Part shown: one piece after another, positions 9,510 to 19,185 of the stretch
How positions within the stretch are numbered: position 1 is the first letter of the stretch
Layout: each line of letters starts with the position of its first letter
Source of the DNA: Candidatus Binataceae bacterium
GTDB lineage: Bacteria; Desulfobacterota; Binatia; Binatales; Binataceae
NCBI GenBank assembly: GCA_041491005.1
Contig: JBGPUE010000005.1
Location: 1,165-65,164, forward strand
DNA: 64,000 bases
Reading direction: 5' to 3'
Translations under genes and position numbers: made by a program
The notes under the pieces: generated by a model
Seen by the model: the letters and a program-made list of their open reading frames with translations, nothing else
What the model was told of the DNA's origin: nothing
Databases searched by the model: none

Positions 9510-10960
9510 AGCTCGAGGTCGGCGCTCTCTTCCCCGCTATCCGCTTCCAGGATGAGCCGGCCGGGTGCGTAGCTGACTCCGAAATCCTTAACCACACTGA
9601 AGTGGCTGCGGTCTACCGCGTCGGCCACGCGCAGGATCGCGGCCAGTCCGCGCACCTGGCGGCGGCGGGGCGGCGTCAGCGACTGCATCTCGGGCGAAGA
9701 CAGCTTGGGCGCCTGCTTGCGATGGCCGCGCGCGGCCTGCGCGATGATTTCGATCTCGGCCGGATCGAAGCCGAGCAATTCGGCATTTTGAATCAGGTAG
9801 TAGCTGTGGTGATTGTGGCGGTCGTGGTCGACCGCATGGCCGACATCATGCAGCAGCGCCGCGTACTCCAGCAGCTCGCGCGACCGGGCGGGCAGGCCGA
9901 GCGCGGGCGCGGTTACATCGAACAGCTTCAGGGCGAGACGCGCGACTTGGCGGCCATGCTCGTTGGTTTCGCTGAAGCGGGCCGCCAGTGCTTCTACTGA
10001 ACGCCGCCGGACCTCGGCGGTGGTCTCGGCGCGCTCGCCGCTGATCTCGGCAAGGTTGAGCAGGACGCCTTCGCGCAGCGCCCAGGTGCATGCGACCAGT
10101 TCGGGCGCGCCCGCGCGGCTCATGATGAAATCGACCAGCACCGCTGCCGCCGGCATCAGGTCGATCCGCTTCGCATCTATTCCGGGGATATCGGCGCGCC
10201 CCGCCGCGTCCTCCGACAATAGTCGCTTGCGCAACCGCGCGATCTCGCTGGCGCTGGCGCTGGCGCCATGCAGCCGGTTCAGCTCCAGGCCCTGCGCTGC
10301 GCGCGCCATCACGATCAGCGCGTTGGCCGTGCCCGAGGTCCCGATCGCGCGTACGACTCCACAATGGCGCACGCGGTCGAGCAGCTCGCCAAGCTCGCGC
10401 TCCAGATGGCGTTCGAGCGCCGCGATATGGCTTGGGCGCGGCGGGTCGGACCTGAGAAATCGCTCGGTCAGGCGCACGACTCCGAGCGGCGCGCTGCGCA
10501 GCAACATCGGATGGCCGTCCTGCACCAGCACCAGTTCGGCGCTGCCGCCGCCGACATCGACCAGCAAATGCGGACCGCCGTCGAGGCCCATCGCATGCCG
10601 CGCCGCGCGCAGAATCAGGCGCGCTTCCTCGGCGCCCGACACGACCTGGACGGCGAGGCCGGTCTCACGCCGCAGCCGCTTGATGAAGATGTCGCGATTG
10701 CGCGCCTCGCGCACCGCGCTGGTAGCGACCGCGCGCACGCGATCGACCTGCCGCACCCGAGCCAGACGCACGAAGTTCTTGAGCGCGCGGACCGCGAGGT
10801 CCATCGCCTCAGGAGTGAGCTTGCCAGTGGTGAATGACCGGCTACCGAGCCGGACCATTTCTTTGACGCGGTCGACGACTTCGAGATGGCCCTCAGGGCT
10901 GACGTCGGCGATCACCATGTGAACCGAGTTCGAGCCGACGTCTATTGCGGCAAGGCGCAC
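9371..10960 (-). CDS. ppx: Exopolyphosphatase / guanosine pentaphosphate phosphohydrolase (Ppx/GppA) with C-terminal HD domain
   Basis: The N-terminus MRLAAIDVGSNSVHMVIADV is the actin-like ATPase fold signature, with DVGGGSAELV. The C-terminal HD motif is LLHDVGHAVDHDRHNHHSYYLI. Confidence 0.85.
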   Translation of the reverse strand: MRLAAIDVGSNSVHMVIADVSPEGHLEVVDRVKEMVRLGSRSFTTGKLTPEAMDLAVRALKNFVRLARVRQVDRVRAVATSAVREARNRDIFIKRLRRETGLAVQVVSGAEEARLILRAARHAMGLDGGPHLLVDVGGGSAELVLVQDGHPMLLRSAPLGVVRLTERFLRSDPPRPSHIAALERHLERELGELLDRVRHCGVVRAIGTSGTANALIVMARAAQGLELNRLHGASASASEIARLRKRLLSEDAAGRADIPGIDAKRIDLMPAAAVLVDFIMSRAGAPELVACTWALREGVLLNLAEISGERAETTAEVRRRSVEALAARFSETNEHGRQVARLALKLFDVTAPALGLPARSRELLEYAALLHDVGHAVDHDRHNHHSYYLIQNAELLGFDPAEIEIIAQAARGHRKQAPKLSSPEMQSLTPPRRRQVRGLAAILRVADAVDRSHFSVVKDFGVSYAPGRLILEADSGEESADLELWAAERRTDLLSRLLDRKIILRPSVTAAGRVKASAASHRPRRAAAS

Positions 10961-11048
10961 CAGCTGATCTTACGCTCCGGCCAAAGGCAAGTCATGCTTT
11001 CGGCTTTTGTGATTGCGTCGAGCAACGCGGCCTTAACAGCGCTGTTTA

Positions 11049-11588
11049 CTAGTCAGTCATCGATTCGAGTGCGCGCTGGAATACTTCGAGCGCTGATTCA
11101 TCGAATAGTACGATCTCGACTCGTTTGATTGAGGTTGGGCCGCTCAAGTGCGCGCGGATCTCGCCAAGCATCAGCGCCGCACAGCGATCCATCGGGAAGC
11201 CCGCGATGCCGGTGCCGATCGCGGGAAACGCGATCGACTCAAGGCCGCGCTCGGCGGCGCGGCGCATCGAGTTGCGGCTCGAATCGCGGATGCTGGCTTC
11301 GGTGGCCGCCGCGCCCAGATGCATCCCGGCGGCATGGATTACGAAGCGCACTTTCAGATCGCCCCCGCCGGTGGTTGCGGCCTCGCCGAGCGGGATGGAT
11401 CCGATCGTGTCACATTCGCGCTGAATCGCAGGTCCGCCCTTGCGCCGAATCGCCCCGGCGACACCGCCGCCGAGCTGCAGTTCGGTATTGGCCGCATTGA
11501 CGATCGCGTCAGCGCTGGTTTCCGTCAGATCGCCGCGCCTCAGTACCAGCCGCTCCCGCCACGATTGCTTGATCGGGTCGTTGGTCAT
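11049..11588 (-). CDS. Macro-domain protein (ADP-ribose / O-acetyl-ADP-ribose processing, YmdB-like)
   Basis: It carries ADAIVNAANTELQLGGGVAGAI and FVIHAAGMHLG plus AFPAIGTGIAGFP, the canonical macro-domain motifs. Confidence 0.8.
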   Translation of the reverse strand: MTNDPIKQSWRERLVLRRGDLTETSADAIVNAANTELQLGGGVAGAIRRKGGPAIQRECDTIGSIPLGEAATTGGGDLKVRFVIHAAGMHLGAAATEASIRDSSRNSMRRAAERGLESIAFPAIGTGIAGFPMDRCAALMLGEIRAHLSGPTSIKRVEIVLFDESALEVFQRALESMTD

Positions 11589-11642
11589 TTTTCACTCCTG
11601 TGCAATATGCGCCGCGTTCATCTGCTAAAATCCCGCCGCGGT

Positions 11643-13256
11643 ATGAGCAGCGCGTCACGAGGCGGACGGAACCCGCCGCATGCCGTCGGATGGACACCGC
11701 GGCCGCGAATCATCGTCGCATCGCTGTGCTTCCTCGCTGTCGCTGCCGCGTGCACTCGCACGCCATCACTCGTCACGCCGCCGGGCTACCTGCGAGTGGA
11801 TATCGAGACCTCGCCGCTGTCATTTGATCCGCGTTTCGCCACCGATGCGATCTCCTCCCGTATCGATGAGCTCATCTTCGACTCGCTGGTCAAGTTGGAC
11901 GCCCGCGGCGCTTTCATCGGCGACCTCGCCGAGAGCATCGAGCGCCCCACGCCCACCCAACTGGTCTTCCATTTGCGGCGCGGCGCGCGCTTCAGCGATG
12001 GGCGCCAGCTGACGGCGCGCGACGTCAAGTATACCTACGACTCGGTGCTCGATGCGGTCACGATCTCGCCAAAGCGCGCGGGATTGGAGCCGCTGGCCGC
12101 GATCGATGCGCCCGACGACTATACCGTCCGCATGACAACGCGCGGGCCTTACGCGCCTGCGCTCGAGATGGCGATGCTCGGGATCGTGCCGGAGGGCACT
12201 CCGGCGCAAGCCGCGCCGAACAGCTACCCGGTCGGAACGGGATTCTTCCGGCTCGCGGGCTTTGTGCGCGATGAGGCGGCCGTCCTCGAGCGCAATCGTT
12301 TCAGGCCGGCGCCCGGCCCGGGCATCCCGGGAGTGATCTTCAGAATCGTGCCCGACCCGACGGTCCGCGCGCTCGAACTCGCCAAAGGAACCGCCGATTT
12401 CGCCGAGAACAACATCCAGCCGGATCTGCTCGGCTACCTGGGCCGCTGGCAGCATCTGCGCGTCGCACGAAACCCCGGCACCGCCTACCAATACCTCGCC
12501 TTCAATTTCAGAGATTCGCGCTTGCGCGATCGGCGCGTGCGCCAGGCAATCGCATTCGCAATCGACCGCGAGGCGATCGTAGCGGCGATGCTTCGCGGGA
12601 CGGCGCGAGTCGCAACCGGAATGCTGACGCCAGAGAACTGGGCATATGAGGGCGAGGTGCGCCGTTATCCCTACGATCCGGCGCAGGCGCGCCGGTTGCT
12701 GGAAGAGGCGGGCTTTGCCGATCCCGGCGGCGGCAAGCCGCGGATGGCGCTCACCTACAAGACCACGCCCGAGGGCCGCCGGCTGGGCGAGGTCTGCCAG
12801 GCGATGCTGGCGAAGGTCGGTATCAAGCTGGATGTTCGCAGCAATGAATGGGCGACTTTCTATGGCGATATCCAGCACGGCAACTTCGAGTTGACCTCGC
12901 TGGCGTGGGTCGGGATCAACGATCCCCATCACTACTATATGGTCTTCGATTCCACGATGACTCCGCCGCGCGGACTCAATCGCGGCGCATACTCGAACGC
13001 CGAGATGGATCGGCTGCTCGAAGCTGGCGAGGTTGCGCTTGAGAGCGGGCAGCGGCGGGCCATCTATGCTGCGGCGCAGAAACTCGCCGCCCAAGAGCTG
13101 CCGTACCTGTCGCTATGGTGGCAGGACAACGTCACGGTGATGAACCGCGACATCGCGGGCTTCGTCCCGTACCCCAACGGGAGTCTGCGCTCGTTGGCCA
13201 CGATCAGCTTCGATACGCGCGCGATCGCGGTCCGCCACCAACGTGTCCAACCCTGA
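11643..13256 (+). CDS. ABC transporter substrate-binding lipoprotein, family 5 (peptide/nickel, DppA/OppA-like)
   Basis: The internal start MSSASRGG... gives a signal peptide with lipobox LAVAAAC, and there is family-5 SBP-like sequence throughout. The upstream part of the long ORF overlaps the macro gene on the other strand and is rejected. Confidence 0.8.
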   Translation: MSSASRGGRNPPHAVGWTPRPRIIVASLCFLAVAAACTRTPSLVTPPGYLRVDIETSPLSFDPRFATDAISSRIDELIFDSLVKLDARGAFIGDLAESIERPTPTQLVFHLRRGARFSDGRQLTARDVKYTYDSVLDAVTISPKRAGLEPLAAIDAPDDYTVRMTTRGPYAPALEMAMLGIVPEGTPAQAAPNSYPVGTGFFRLAGFVRDEAAVLERNRFRPAPGPGIPGVIFRIVPDPTVRALELAKGTADFAENNIQPDLLGYLGRWQHLRVARNPGTAYQYLAFNFRDSRLRDRRVRQAIAFAIDREAIVAAMLRGTARVATGMLTPENWAYEGEVRRYPYDPAQARRLLEEAGFADPGGGKPRMALTYKTTPEGRRLGEVCQAMLAKVGIKLDVRSNEWATFYGDIQHGNFELTSLAWVGINDPHHYYMVFDSTMTPPRGLNRGAYSNAEMDRLLEAGEVALESGQRRAIYAAAQKLAAQELPYLSLWWQDNVTVMNRDIAGFVPYPNGSLRSLATISFDTRAIAVRHQRVQP

Positions 13257-13426
13257 TTGGGCCCGGCCCTAGAACGAGTCTCAGATCGGAGCACTGCGAG
13301 ACCACCGCGGCGCGGCCTGAACCACGTCCGCGGCAACAAGTAGAGCGCCGAGCGGGCGCAGCGGGCCGCGACGAACCGCGATCGTTAAGTCAGAGTCTGT
13401 CCCGCCGGGGCATCGGCTTCGCTCCG

Positions 13427-14066
13427 CTACGGCGCTCGCGCTGCCGTGACGACGGCACTCGCTCCTGCGCCCGCCCGTACCGCCGATCCCAGCGGCGTCA
13501 GCGCGCCGGAGGAAAAGTTGATCGCGAAAGCGGAGACGTCGCCGGAACTGGCATTCGCCACATAGACGAAGCGTCCAGCCGAATCGATCGCCACCGACAT
13601 CGGTTGCGATCCGGCGCGCATGCCCCGCGCCGATCTGCGTCAGCGCGCCGGTGGCGGAGTTGATCGCGAAGATACTCACGCTGTCGGCATTGAAGTTGGT
13701 CACATAGGCGAAGCGTCCCGAAGGCGCGACCCGCACCGAAAGCGGGCCATGGCCGTGGGTCGCGAACGGTGAGCCTGCCACCGGTGCGAGCGCGCCAGTA
13801 GCGCTATTGATCGCGAAGGCCGAGACATTGTTGGAGTCGAAGTTCGCTGTGTACGCGAACCTACCTGGCGGATCCACAACAATCGAGACCGGATTCGCGC
13901 CGGAATCAGCTGCGGCACCCGCTTGCATTTGCCCGCTGGTCGCATTAACCGGCGGCGCCAACGTGATCGTCGGTGTGGCGCGCGCTGCGGCTGCCGGGAC
14001 GATGAGCGACCCAAACAGAAGCAGCCGCAGCGTCGCGCGCCTGAAGCGCTCGGACACGGCCCGCAA
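13427..14066 (-). pseudogene. Secreted YVTN-family beta-propeller repeat protein (lactonase-like 7-bladed propeller), interrupted by a 1-bp frameshift near 13611-13618
   Basis: Repeats GRFAYTANFDSNNVSAFAINSATGAL / GRFAYVTNFNADSVSIFAINSATGAL continue in a +1 frame (ORF 13427..13621: SVAIDSAGRFVYVANASSGDVSAFAINFSSGAL). An extra C in the run ccggcgcg explains the shift. This could be a sequencing error or a genuine pseudogene. Confidence 0.5.
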
Positions 14067-14332
14067 TCCCCCCTTTTTGATACGGCACGACCCGGCGCGA
14101 ATCGCACCGGCCTCGGCTGTATCAAGCTCATTCGGGCGAGCCCGATCATGCTACTTCTGGGTGCGCTGTCAATACGTAAAGTAGCGTATTTTGTCATTTT
14201 GGCGGATCAGGTAAATGCCGGTGACCACGCATCCTCTAAGAGCGAGTTAGACGACATTTGCGCGCATTGGATTGAACGCTGTGCTGGTCTCGGAGTCGGC
14301 TTGGCCATGCTGGGCCGCCTTGTTACCCTCCA

Positions 14333-15346
14333 GTGCGGGTTGAATTCTTCGATGTCGGCAAAATCGGTGGTCTGCGCCGCAAGCCCGGCTTCGCAGCCGC
14401 GCCCTGTAGTCTCGGGTCGCCGGCCTTGATTGCCTACCTGACGCGTCGCGTATTCGCCCTGATCCCGGTCGCGCTCGCCGTCGCGACGCTGACCTTCGCG
14501 CTGATTCATCTGGTGCCCGGCGATCCGGTGGTGGCGATGCTGGGCGAGAGTGCCGCGCCTGCCGATGTCGAAGGGATGCGCCATCAGCTCGGACTGGATC
14601 GGCCGCTCGCCGCACAATATACCGGCTTCCTGATCGGCCTCGCACGCGGTGATTTCGGCGAATCGATCTCGTATCGCATCCCGGTCTCAAACCTGATCGT
14701 CGAGCGTTTCCCCGCCACGCTCGAGCTTGCGGCGGCCGGGATGCTGGTCGCGATCGCACTGGCGGTTCCGCTGGGAATGGTTGCGGGGACGCGTCCAGGC
14801 AGCGTGTACGACATCGGTGCGATGGGTTTCGCGGTCCTCGGCATCTCGGTCCCGCATCTCTATCTCGGCCCGCTGCTGATGATCGTCTTCGCGCTCGATC
14901 TCGGATGGCTGCCGCTGACCGGCCGGGGCGGCGTTGCGCATCTCGTCCTGCCGGCGATTACGCTGGGCACTGCGATGGCGGCGATTCTCGCCCGGATGCT
15001 GCGCCAGAGTCTGGTCGAGGTGCGCAATGCCGATTTCATGCGCACGGCGCGCGGCAAGGGACTGAGCGACGCGGCGGCGATGGCTCGGCATGGCCTGCGC
15101 AATGCGCTCACGCCGGTGGTCACGGTGCTCGGCCTTCAAGCGGGCGCACTGCTGACCGGCTCGATCATCACTGAAATGATCTTCTCGTGGCCGGGGATGG
15201 GCCGACTGATGATCGGAGCGATCAACGCGCGCGACTATCCACTGGTGCAGGGATGCGTGCTGGTGTTCGCGTTCAGCTACGTGCTGGTCAACATGCTGAC
15301 CGACATCGTCTACGGTTTCATCGATCCAAGGATCCGGCTGGCGTGA
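14333..15346 (+). CDS. ABC transporter permease (DppB/OppB-like)
   Basis: It has 6 TM and the EAA-like region AMARHGLRNALTPV. The N-terminus LIAYLTRRVFALIP is typical, so an alternative TTG start at 14426 is more likely than 14333. Confidence 0.8.
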   Translation: MRVEFFDVGKIGGLRRKPGFAAAPCSLGSPALIAYLTRRVFALIPVALAVATLTFALIHLVPGDPVVAMLGESAAPADVEGMRHQLGLDRPLAAQYTGFLIGLARGDFGESISYRIPVSNLIVERFPATLELAAAGMLVAIALAVPLGMVAGTRPGSVYDIGAMGFAVLGISVPHLYLGPLLMIVFALDLGWLPLTGRGGVAHLVLPAITLGTAMAAILARMLRQSLVEVRNADFMRTARGKGLSDAAAMARHGLRNALTPVVTVLGLQAGALLTGSIITEMIFSWPGMGRLMIGAINARDYPLVQGCVLVFAFSYVLVNMLTDIVYGFIDPRIRLA

Positions 15347-16170
15347 AGCACGTCGCGTCGTGGGGATCCGGCCGCAATCCCGCGTTGCTGGGCGGAGCCG
15401 CGATCGTCGTATCGATCGCTGGATTGGCGCTAGTCGCGCCGCTGTTCATCGCCGCCGACCCGTTCCAGATCGACTTGCGCCTGATCCTCGCCGGCCCCTC
15501 GGGTGGCCATCCGCTCGGATGCGACGCGCTGGGGCGCGACGTGCTGGCCCGGGTACTGTGGGGCGCGCGGCTCTCGCTCGGCGTATCGGCGGTCGTAATC
15601 GCCGTTTCACTGTCAGTCGGCAGCGTGATCGGTGGAGCCGCGGCGCTGGCCGGCGGTCGAATCGATCAGCTCCTGATGCGCGGTGTCGACGTGCTGCTTG
15701 CCTTTCCCGGAATCCTGCTGGCGATCGCGCTGGCCGCGATCCTCGGCCCCGGCATCATCGATCTCATAATCGCGCTGGCCGCGATCGGATGGACCGGCTA
15801 CGCGCGGCTGGTGCGGGGTGAAGTGCTATCGCTGCGCGAACGCGATTACGTCATCGCTGCGGGAGCGCTGGGCGCCTCGCCGTCACGCCTGCTTTTCCGC
15901 CACTTGCTGCCCGGATTGGCCGGACCGGTGGCGGTACAGGCGACCTTCGGAATCGGCGGGATCATCGTGGCCGAAGCGGCACTATCCTTTCTCGGGTTGG
16001 GCGCGCGACCGCCCGCGCCGACCTGGGGCAACATGCTCGATGAGGGCCGCGCGTTTCTGCTCGTCGCGCCGCATCTGACCACCGCGCCCGGCGTTGCGAT
16101 CGGCCTCGCGGTGCTCGGCTTCAACTTCCTCGGCGACGGCCTCGCACAATTCTTCGCGGGGCGTGATTGA
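15343..16170 (+). CDS. ABC transporter permease (DppC/OppC-like)
   Basis: A GTG start at 15343 overlaps the upstream stop (GTGA). It carries the DppC-like motifs VDVLLAFPGILLAIAL and GLGARPPAPTWG. Confidence 0.8.
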   Translation: MKHVASWGSGRNPALLGGAAIVVSIAGLALVAPLFIAADPFQIDLRLILAGPSGGHPLGCDALGRDVLARVLWGARLSLGVSAVVIAVSLSVGSVIGGAAALAGGRIDQLLMRGVDVLLAFPGILLAIALAAILGPGIIDLIIALAAIGWTGYARLVRGEVLSLRERDYVIAAGALGASPSRLLFRHLLPGLAGPVAVQATFGIGGIIVAEAALSFLGLGARPPAPTWGNMLDEGRAFLLVAPHLTTAPGVAIGLAVLGFNFLGDGLAQFFAGRD

Positions 16171-16259
16171 TAGAGGCAACGCCAACACCTGCGAGCATCG
16201 GCTGGCCGCTAGCAGTCATACGCAGAGATTTCCGGGATGGTGCCGCCGGAGCGACGGCG

Positions 16260-17288
16260 CTAGTTCTTCAGCGCGGCGAGGCTCCGATCGTAGGGCGGAT
16301 AGGCGATGCCGCGCTCGGTAACAATCGCCGTGACGAGCTCAGCGGGAGTCACGTCGAAGGCCGGATTGTAGATCGATACGCCGGCCGGCGTGATTTTACG
16401 TCCCGCGAATTCTGTCAACTCGCGGGCCGCGCGTTCCTCGATCGGAATCTCAGCGCCGCTGCGGCAGCACAGATCGACCGATGACAAGGGCGCCGCGACG
16501 TAGAAGGGTACCCCATGGCGGCGGGCCAGCACGGCGAGCGGATAAGTACCGATCTTGTTGGCGACGTCGCCATTGGCCGCGGTCCGATCGGTGCCGACGA
16601 TCACGCAGCTCACGCGGCCGCTCGCAAGCACCGAACCCGCCATGCTATCGGCGATCACGGTGACCGGGATGCCGTCCTTGTGCAGTTCCCACGCGGTCAG
16701 GCGCGCGCCCTGCAGGAACGGGCGAGTCTCGTCAGCGAATACGTCGACGCGCTTGCCCGCTTCGCGAGCCGCACGCACGATACCCAGCGCGGTGCCATAG
16801 CCGGCGGTGGCAAGCGCACCTGCGTTGCAATGCGTGAGTATCGTCGCTGGGTCGGCGATCAGCTCCGCGCCGACGCGTCCGAGCGCGCGATTGGATGCGA
16901 GGTCTTCCTCGTAGATCAGAACCGCCTCGTCGCGCATGCGGCGGAACAACCTGGGGGCGTCGAGATCGAGATTGTGTTCGAGCACCGCGGCCATCCGATC
17001 GAGCGCCCAGGTTAGATTGACGGCGGTCGGCCGGGTCGCCCTGAGCGCATCTGCCACCTGCTCGAAACGCTTGCGTGCGCGCTCACCGCTGTACCCGCGC
17101 ATCCCAAGCGCCGCACCCATCGCGGCTGCGACTCCGATCGCCGGCGCGCCGCGGATCACCATGGTGCGGATCGCTCCGGCGACACCCCGATAGTCGCGGT
17201 AGGTGCGGATCGCTTCGCGGCCGGGCAGCAGCCGCTGATCGATCATCCGCACGGTGTCGGCGCGCCACTGGATGGTCTTGATGCTCAC
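16260..17288 (-). CDS. mtnA: S-methyl-5-thioribose-1-phosphate isomerase (eIF-2B alpha/beta/delta family)
   Basis: The N-terminus MSIKTIQWRADTVRMIDQRLLPGRE, IRGAPAIGVAAAMG and VGTDRTAANGDVANKIGTY are hallmark MtnA segments. Confidence 0.85.
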   Translation of the reverse strand: MSIKTIQWRADTVRMIDQRLLPGREAIRTYRDYRGVAGAIRTMVIRGAPAIGVAAAMGAALGMRGYSGERARKRFEQVADALRATRPTAVNLTWALDRMAAVLEHNLDLDAPRLFRRMRDEAVLIYEEDLASNRALGRVGAELIADPATILTHCNAGALATAGYGTALGIVRAAREAGKRVDVFADETRPFLQGARLTAWELHKDGIPVTVIADSMAGSVLASGRVSCVIVGTDRTAANGDVANKIGTYPLAVLARRHGVPFYVAAPLSSVDLCCRSGAEIPIEERAARELTEFAGRKITPAGVSIYNPAFDVTPAELVTAIVTERGIAYPPYDRSLAALKN

Positions 17289-17404
17289 GTGCGAGATCTT
17301 CCATCCACAGTATTCGCTTCAGGGCGCGCGAGAATCAACGCGGCGCCAGGCGCGATCGCAAAGCGCGGTGTGGCAAACCGATGAAGCTATATTCGCGCGA
17401 GTCG

Positions 17405-17785
17405 CTAGGCGACGCGTTCGTACAGGCCGCGCGCTTTGCGCTTGACCGAGCCCGCGTCCATCCAGCGCGTGATCGCCGCAAAAATCTCAGATGGCCGCTT
17501 GCCGCGCAACCCGCGAACCTGGCGAATATGCGAGGCCTTGAACTGTTTGGGCAGTTGAGTGAGTACCGTGCGCCAGTTGATCCGTCCACCGCGTCTACGG
17601 CCGGCCGGCCGGCCGGCCGGAGCACCGACCCGCCCGGTCAGAACGCTGAGTTTCGACTCCTCGTCCTTCAACCGCTTGAGCTCGGCTTCCTTGGCGCGAA
17701 TCTCATTGCGAAGGTTGTTCACAATGGCGCGTGCTTGCTGCTGAACGTGTCGAAATGCCGTAGCTGCGTTCCTGCGTCGAGGCAT
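17405..17785 (-). CDS. Hypothetical basic coiled-coil protein (possible DNA-binding); contains a (GGCC)n tetranucleotide run
   Basis: It has a charged helical N-terminus, a Pro/Arg/Gly-rich spacer (GAPAGRPAGRRRGGR) encoded by ggccggccggccggccggccgg, and a basic C-terminal region. The antisense ORF 17381..17815 looks less protein-like. No family was recognised. Confidence 0.3.
   Translation of the reverse strand: MPRRRNAATAFRHVQQQARAIVNNLRNEIRAKEAELKRLKDEESKLSVLTGRVGAPAGRPAGRRRGGRINWRTVLTQLPKQFKASHIRQVRGLRGKRPSEIFAAITRWMDAGSVKRKARGLYERVA
17599..17620. repeat. (GGCC)5.5 tetranucleotide microsatellite inside the 17405..17785 ORF
   Basis: Read directly at 17599-17620: ggccggccggccggccggccgg. 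Confidence 0.7.
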
Positions 17786-17949
17786 GTAGTTATTTCTCCC
17801 TCTCCAGTGAGATAACGATGACGCCGCGTAAGTTACAAGCGATCAAGGAATTTCACAAGTGAAAGTGGCATCGTCTTTTGATTATCAAGTGCGATAACCT
17901 GTCGATAATTTGGACGCGGCCATCGACCAGCGTTCGGCGCCCGTGATGT

Positions 17950-18708
17950 CTACGGCACGACTACGGAGCCGCCGCTGATGCTGACGACCTCGCCGGTGAT
18001 GTACGAAGACATGTCGCTGGCCAGGAATAGCGCGAGGTTCGCGACATCCAGGGGCTCGCCGAGCCGGCCCATCGGATTGCGGCGCTTGGCCGCCTCGAAC
18101 ATCTGAGGCGGATAGATGCGCTCGAGGAACTCGTTGTAGATCACACTGGGCGCGATCGCGTTGACGCGGATGCCCTTGCCGGCGACTTCCGCAGCGGCCG
18201 CGCGCGTAAGTCCCATCACGCCCGCCTTGGCCGCGCTATACGGTGCTTCGCCATCCGATGCGGCGATCCATCCGGCCGCCGAGGCCATATTGACGATTGC
18301 GCCTTTGCCCTGACGAATCATGTGAGGCAGCACGGCGCGCATCGTCCAGAACGTTCCGCGCAAGCAGACGTTCATCACCAGATCCCAAGTTTCATCCTTG
18401 CACTCCCAGATCGGTTCCAGCTTGTTGATGCCGGCGTTGTTGAACAGGATATCGACCCGCCCGAACTTCGCTACCGCACGCGATACCGCGTCCTCGACCT
18501 GCGAGCGCTGCGTGACATCGACCGGAATGCCGAGTACTTCGCGGCCGAATCTCTTGCCCAGTTCGGCGGCCGTATCAAGCGTGCGGCGCGGATGAGCATC
18601 GGTCACGACGACTTGAGCGCCCTCTTCGAGAAAGCGCGTCGCGACCGCGCGTCCGATTCCAGCGCCCGCTCCAGCAGTGACGATCGCCACACGATCCTTC
18701 AGCAGCAT
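17950..18708 (-). CDS. SDR-family short-chain dehydrogenase/reductase
   Basis: It has the TGAGAGIG cofactor-binding motif, an NNAG motif and YSAAKAG catalytic Tyr/Lys. The start is placed at MLLKDRVAIVT. Confidence 0.85.
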   Translation of the reverse strand: MLLKDRVAIVTAGAGAGIGRAVATRFLEEGAQVVVTDAHPRRTLDTAAELGKRFGREVLGIPVDVTQRSQVEDAVSRAVAKFGRVDILFNNAGINKLEPIWECKDETWDLVMNVCLRGTFWTMRAVLPHMIRQGKGAIVNMASAAGWIAASDGEAPYSAAKAGVMGLTRAAAAEVAGKGIRVNAIAPSVIYNEFLERIYPPQMFEAAKRRNPMGRLGEPLDVANLALFLASDMSSYITGEVVSISGGSVVVP

Positions 18709-19185
18709 TGGGTCTGTCTCCTCGTTGCGCCGGTCGCCTTCGCGCCGCAACCGCCCTGACGCTGCAAGTTATCGATCGGATATGCGTTACGGATCAAGGG
18801 GCGTGAACTGAGAATGCCGGGCATGAACGGGAATATTCGCAAGCAAACGAGTCTTGAATGAAACCGGTCTCACGCCTTGCAGCGAGGCCTGCGGCTCATC
18901 GGAATTTTCGCAGCAGACAATGCGATGGCAGTCGGAACGCGGCTAGACGTGTCTATTCACGCAGGCGGCTCTCATAGATGCAGACCTGAGTCCGATCGGC
19001 CCCCAAAATGTCTATGCATCGAGCATAACTGGTGCTATATACGACATTAGCGCTGTGCCGCTTGCAACGTCGCCAGTCCCACCTTGCCGCCAGATTCTAC
19101 GCATCTGAGATCTGATTCGCTGCTTGGGGGAATGGTAAATTGCCGTGCGGCGATTTCCGTTTCGGGAGCGCAAGGAGAGAGTTGA

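Noticed and set aside
11148-11642. N-terminal 165 codons of the 702-aa ORF 11148..13256
   Set aside because: This part overlaps the macro-domain gene on the opposite strand. A lipoprotein signal peptide with lipobox begins at the internal Met at 11643, which is where SBP homology starts.
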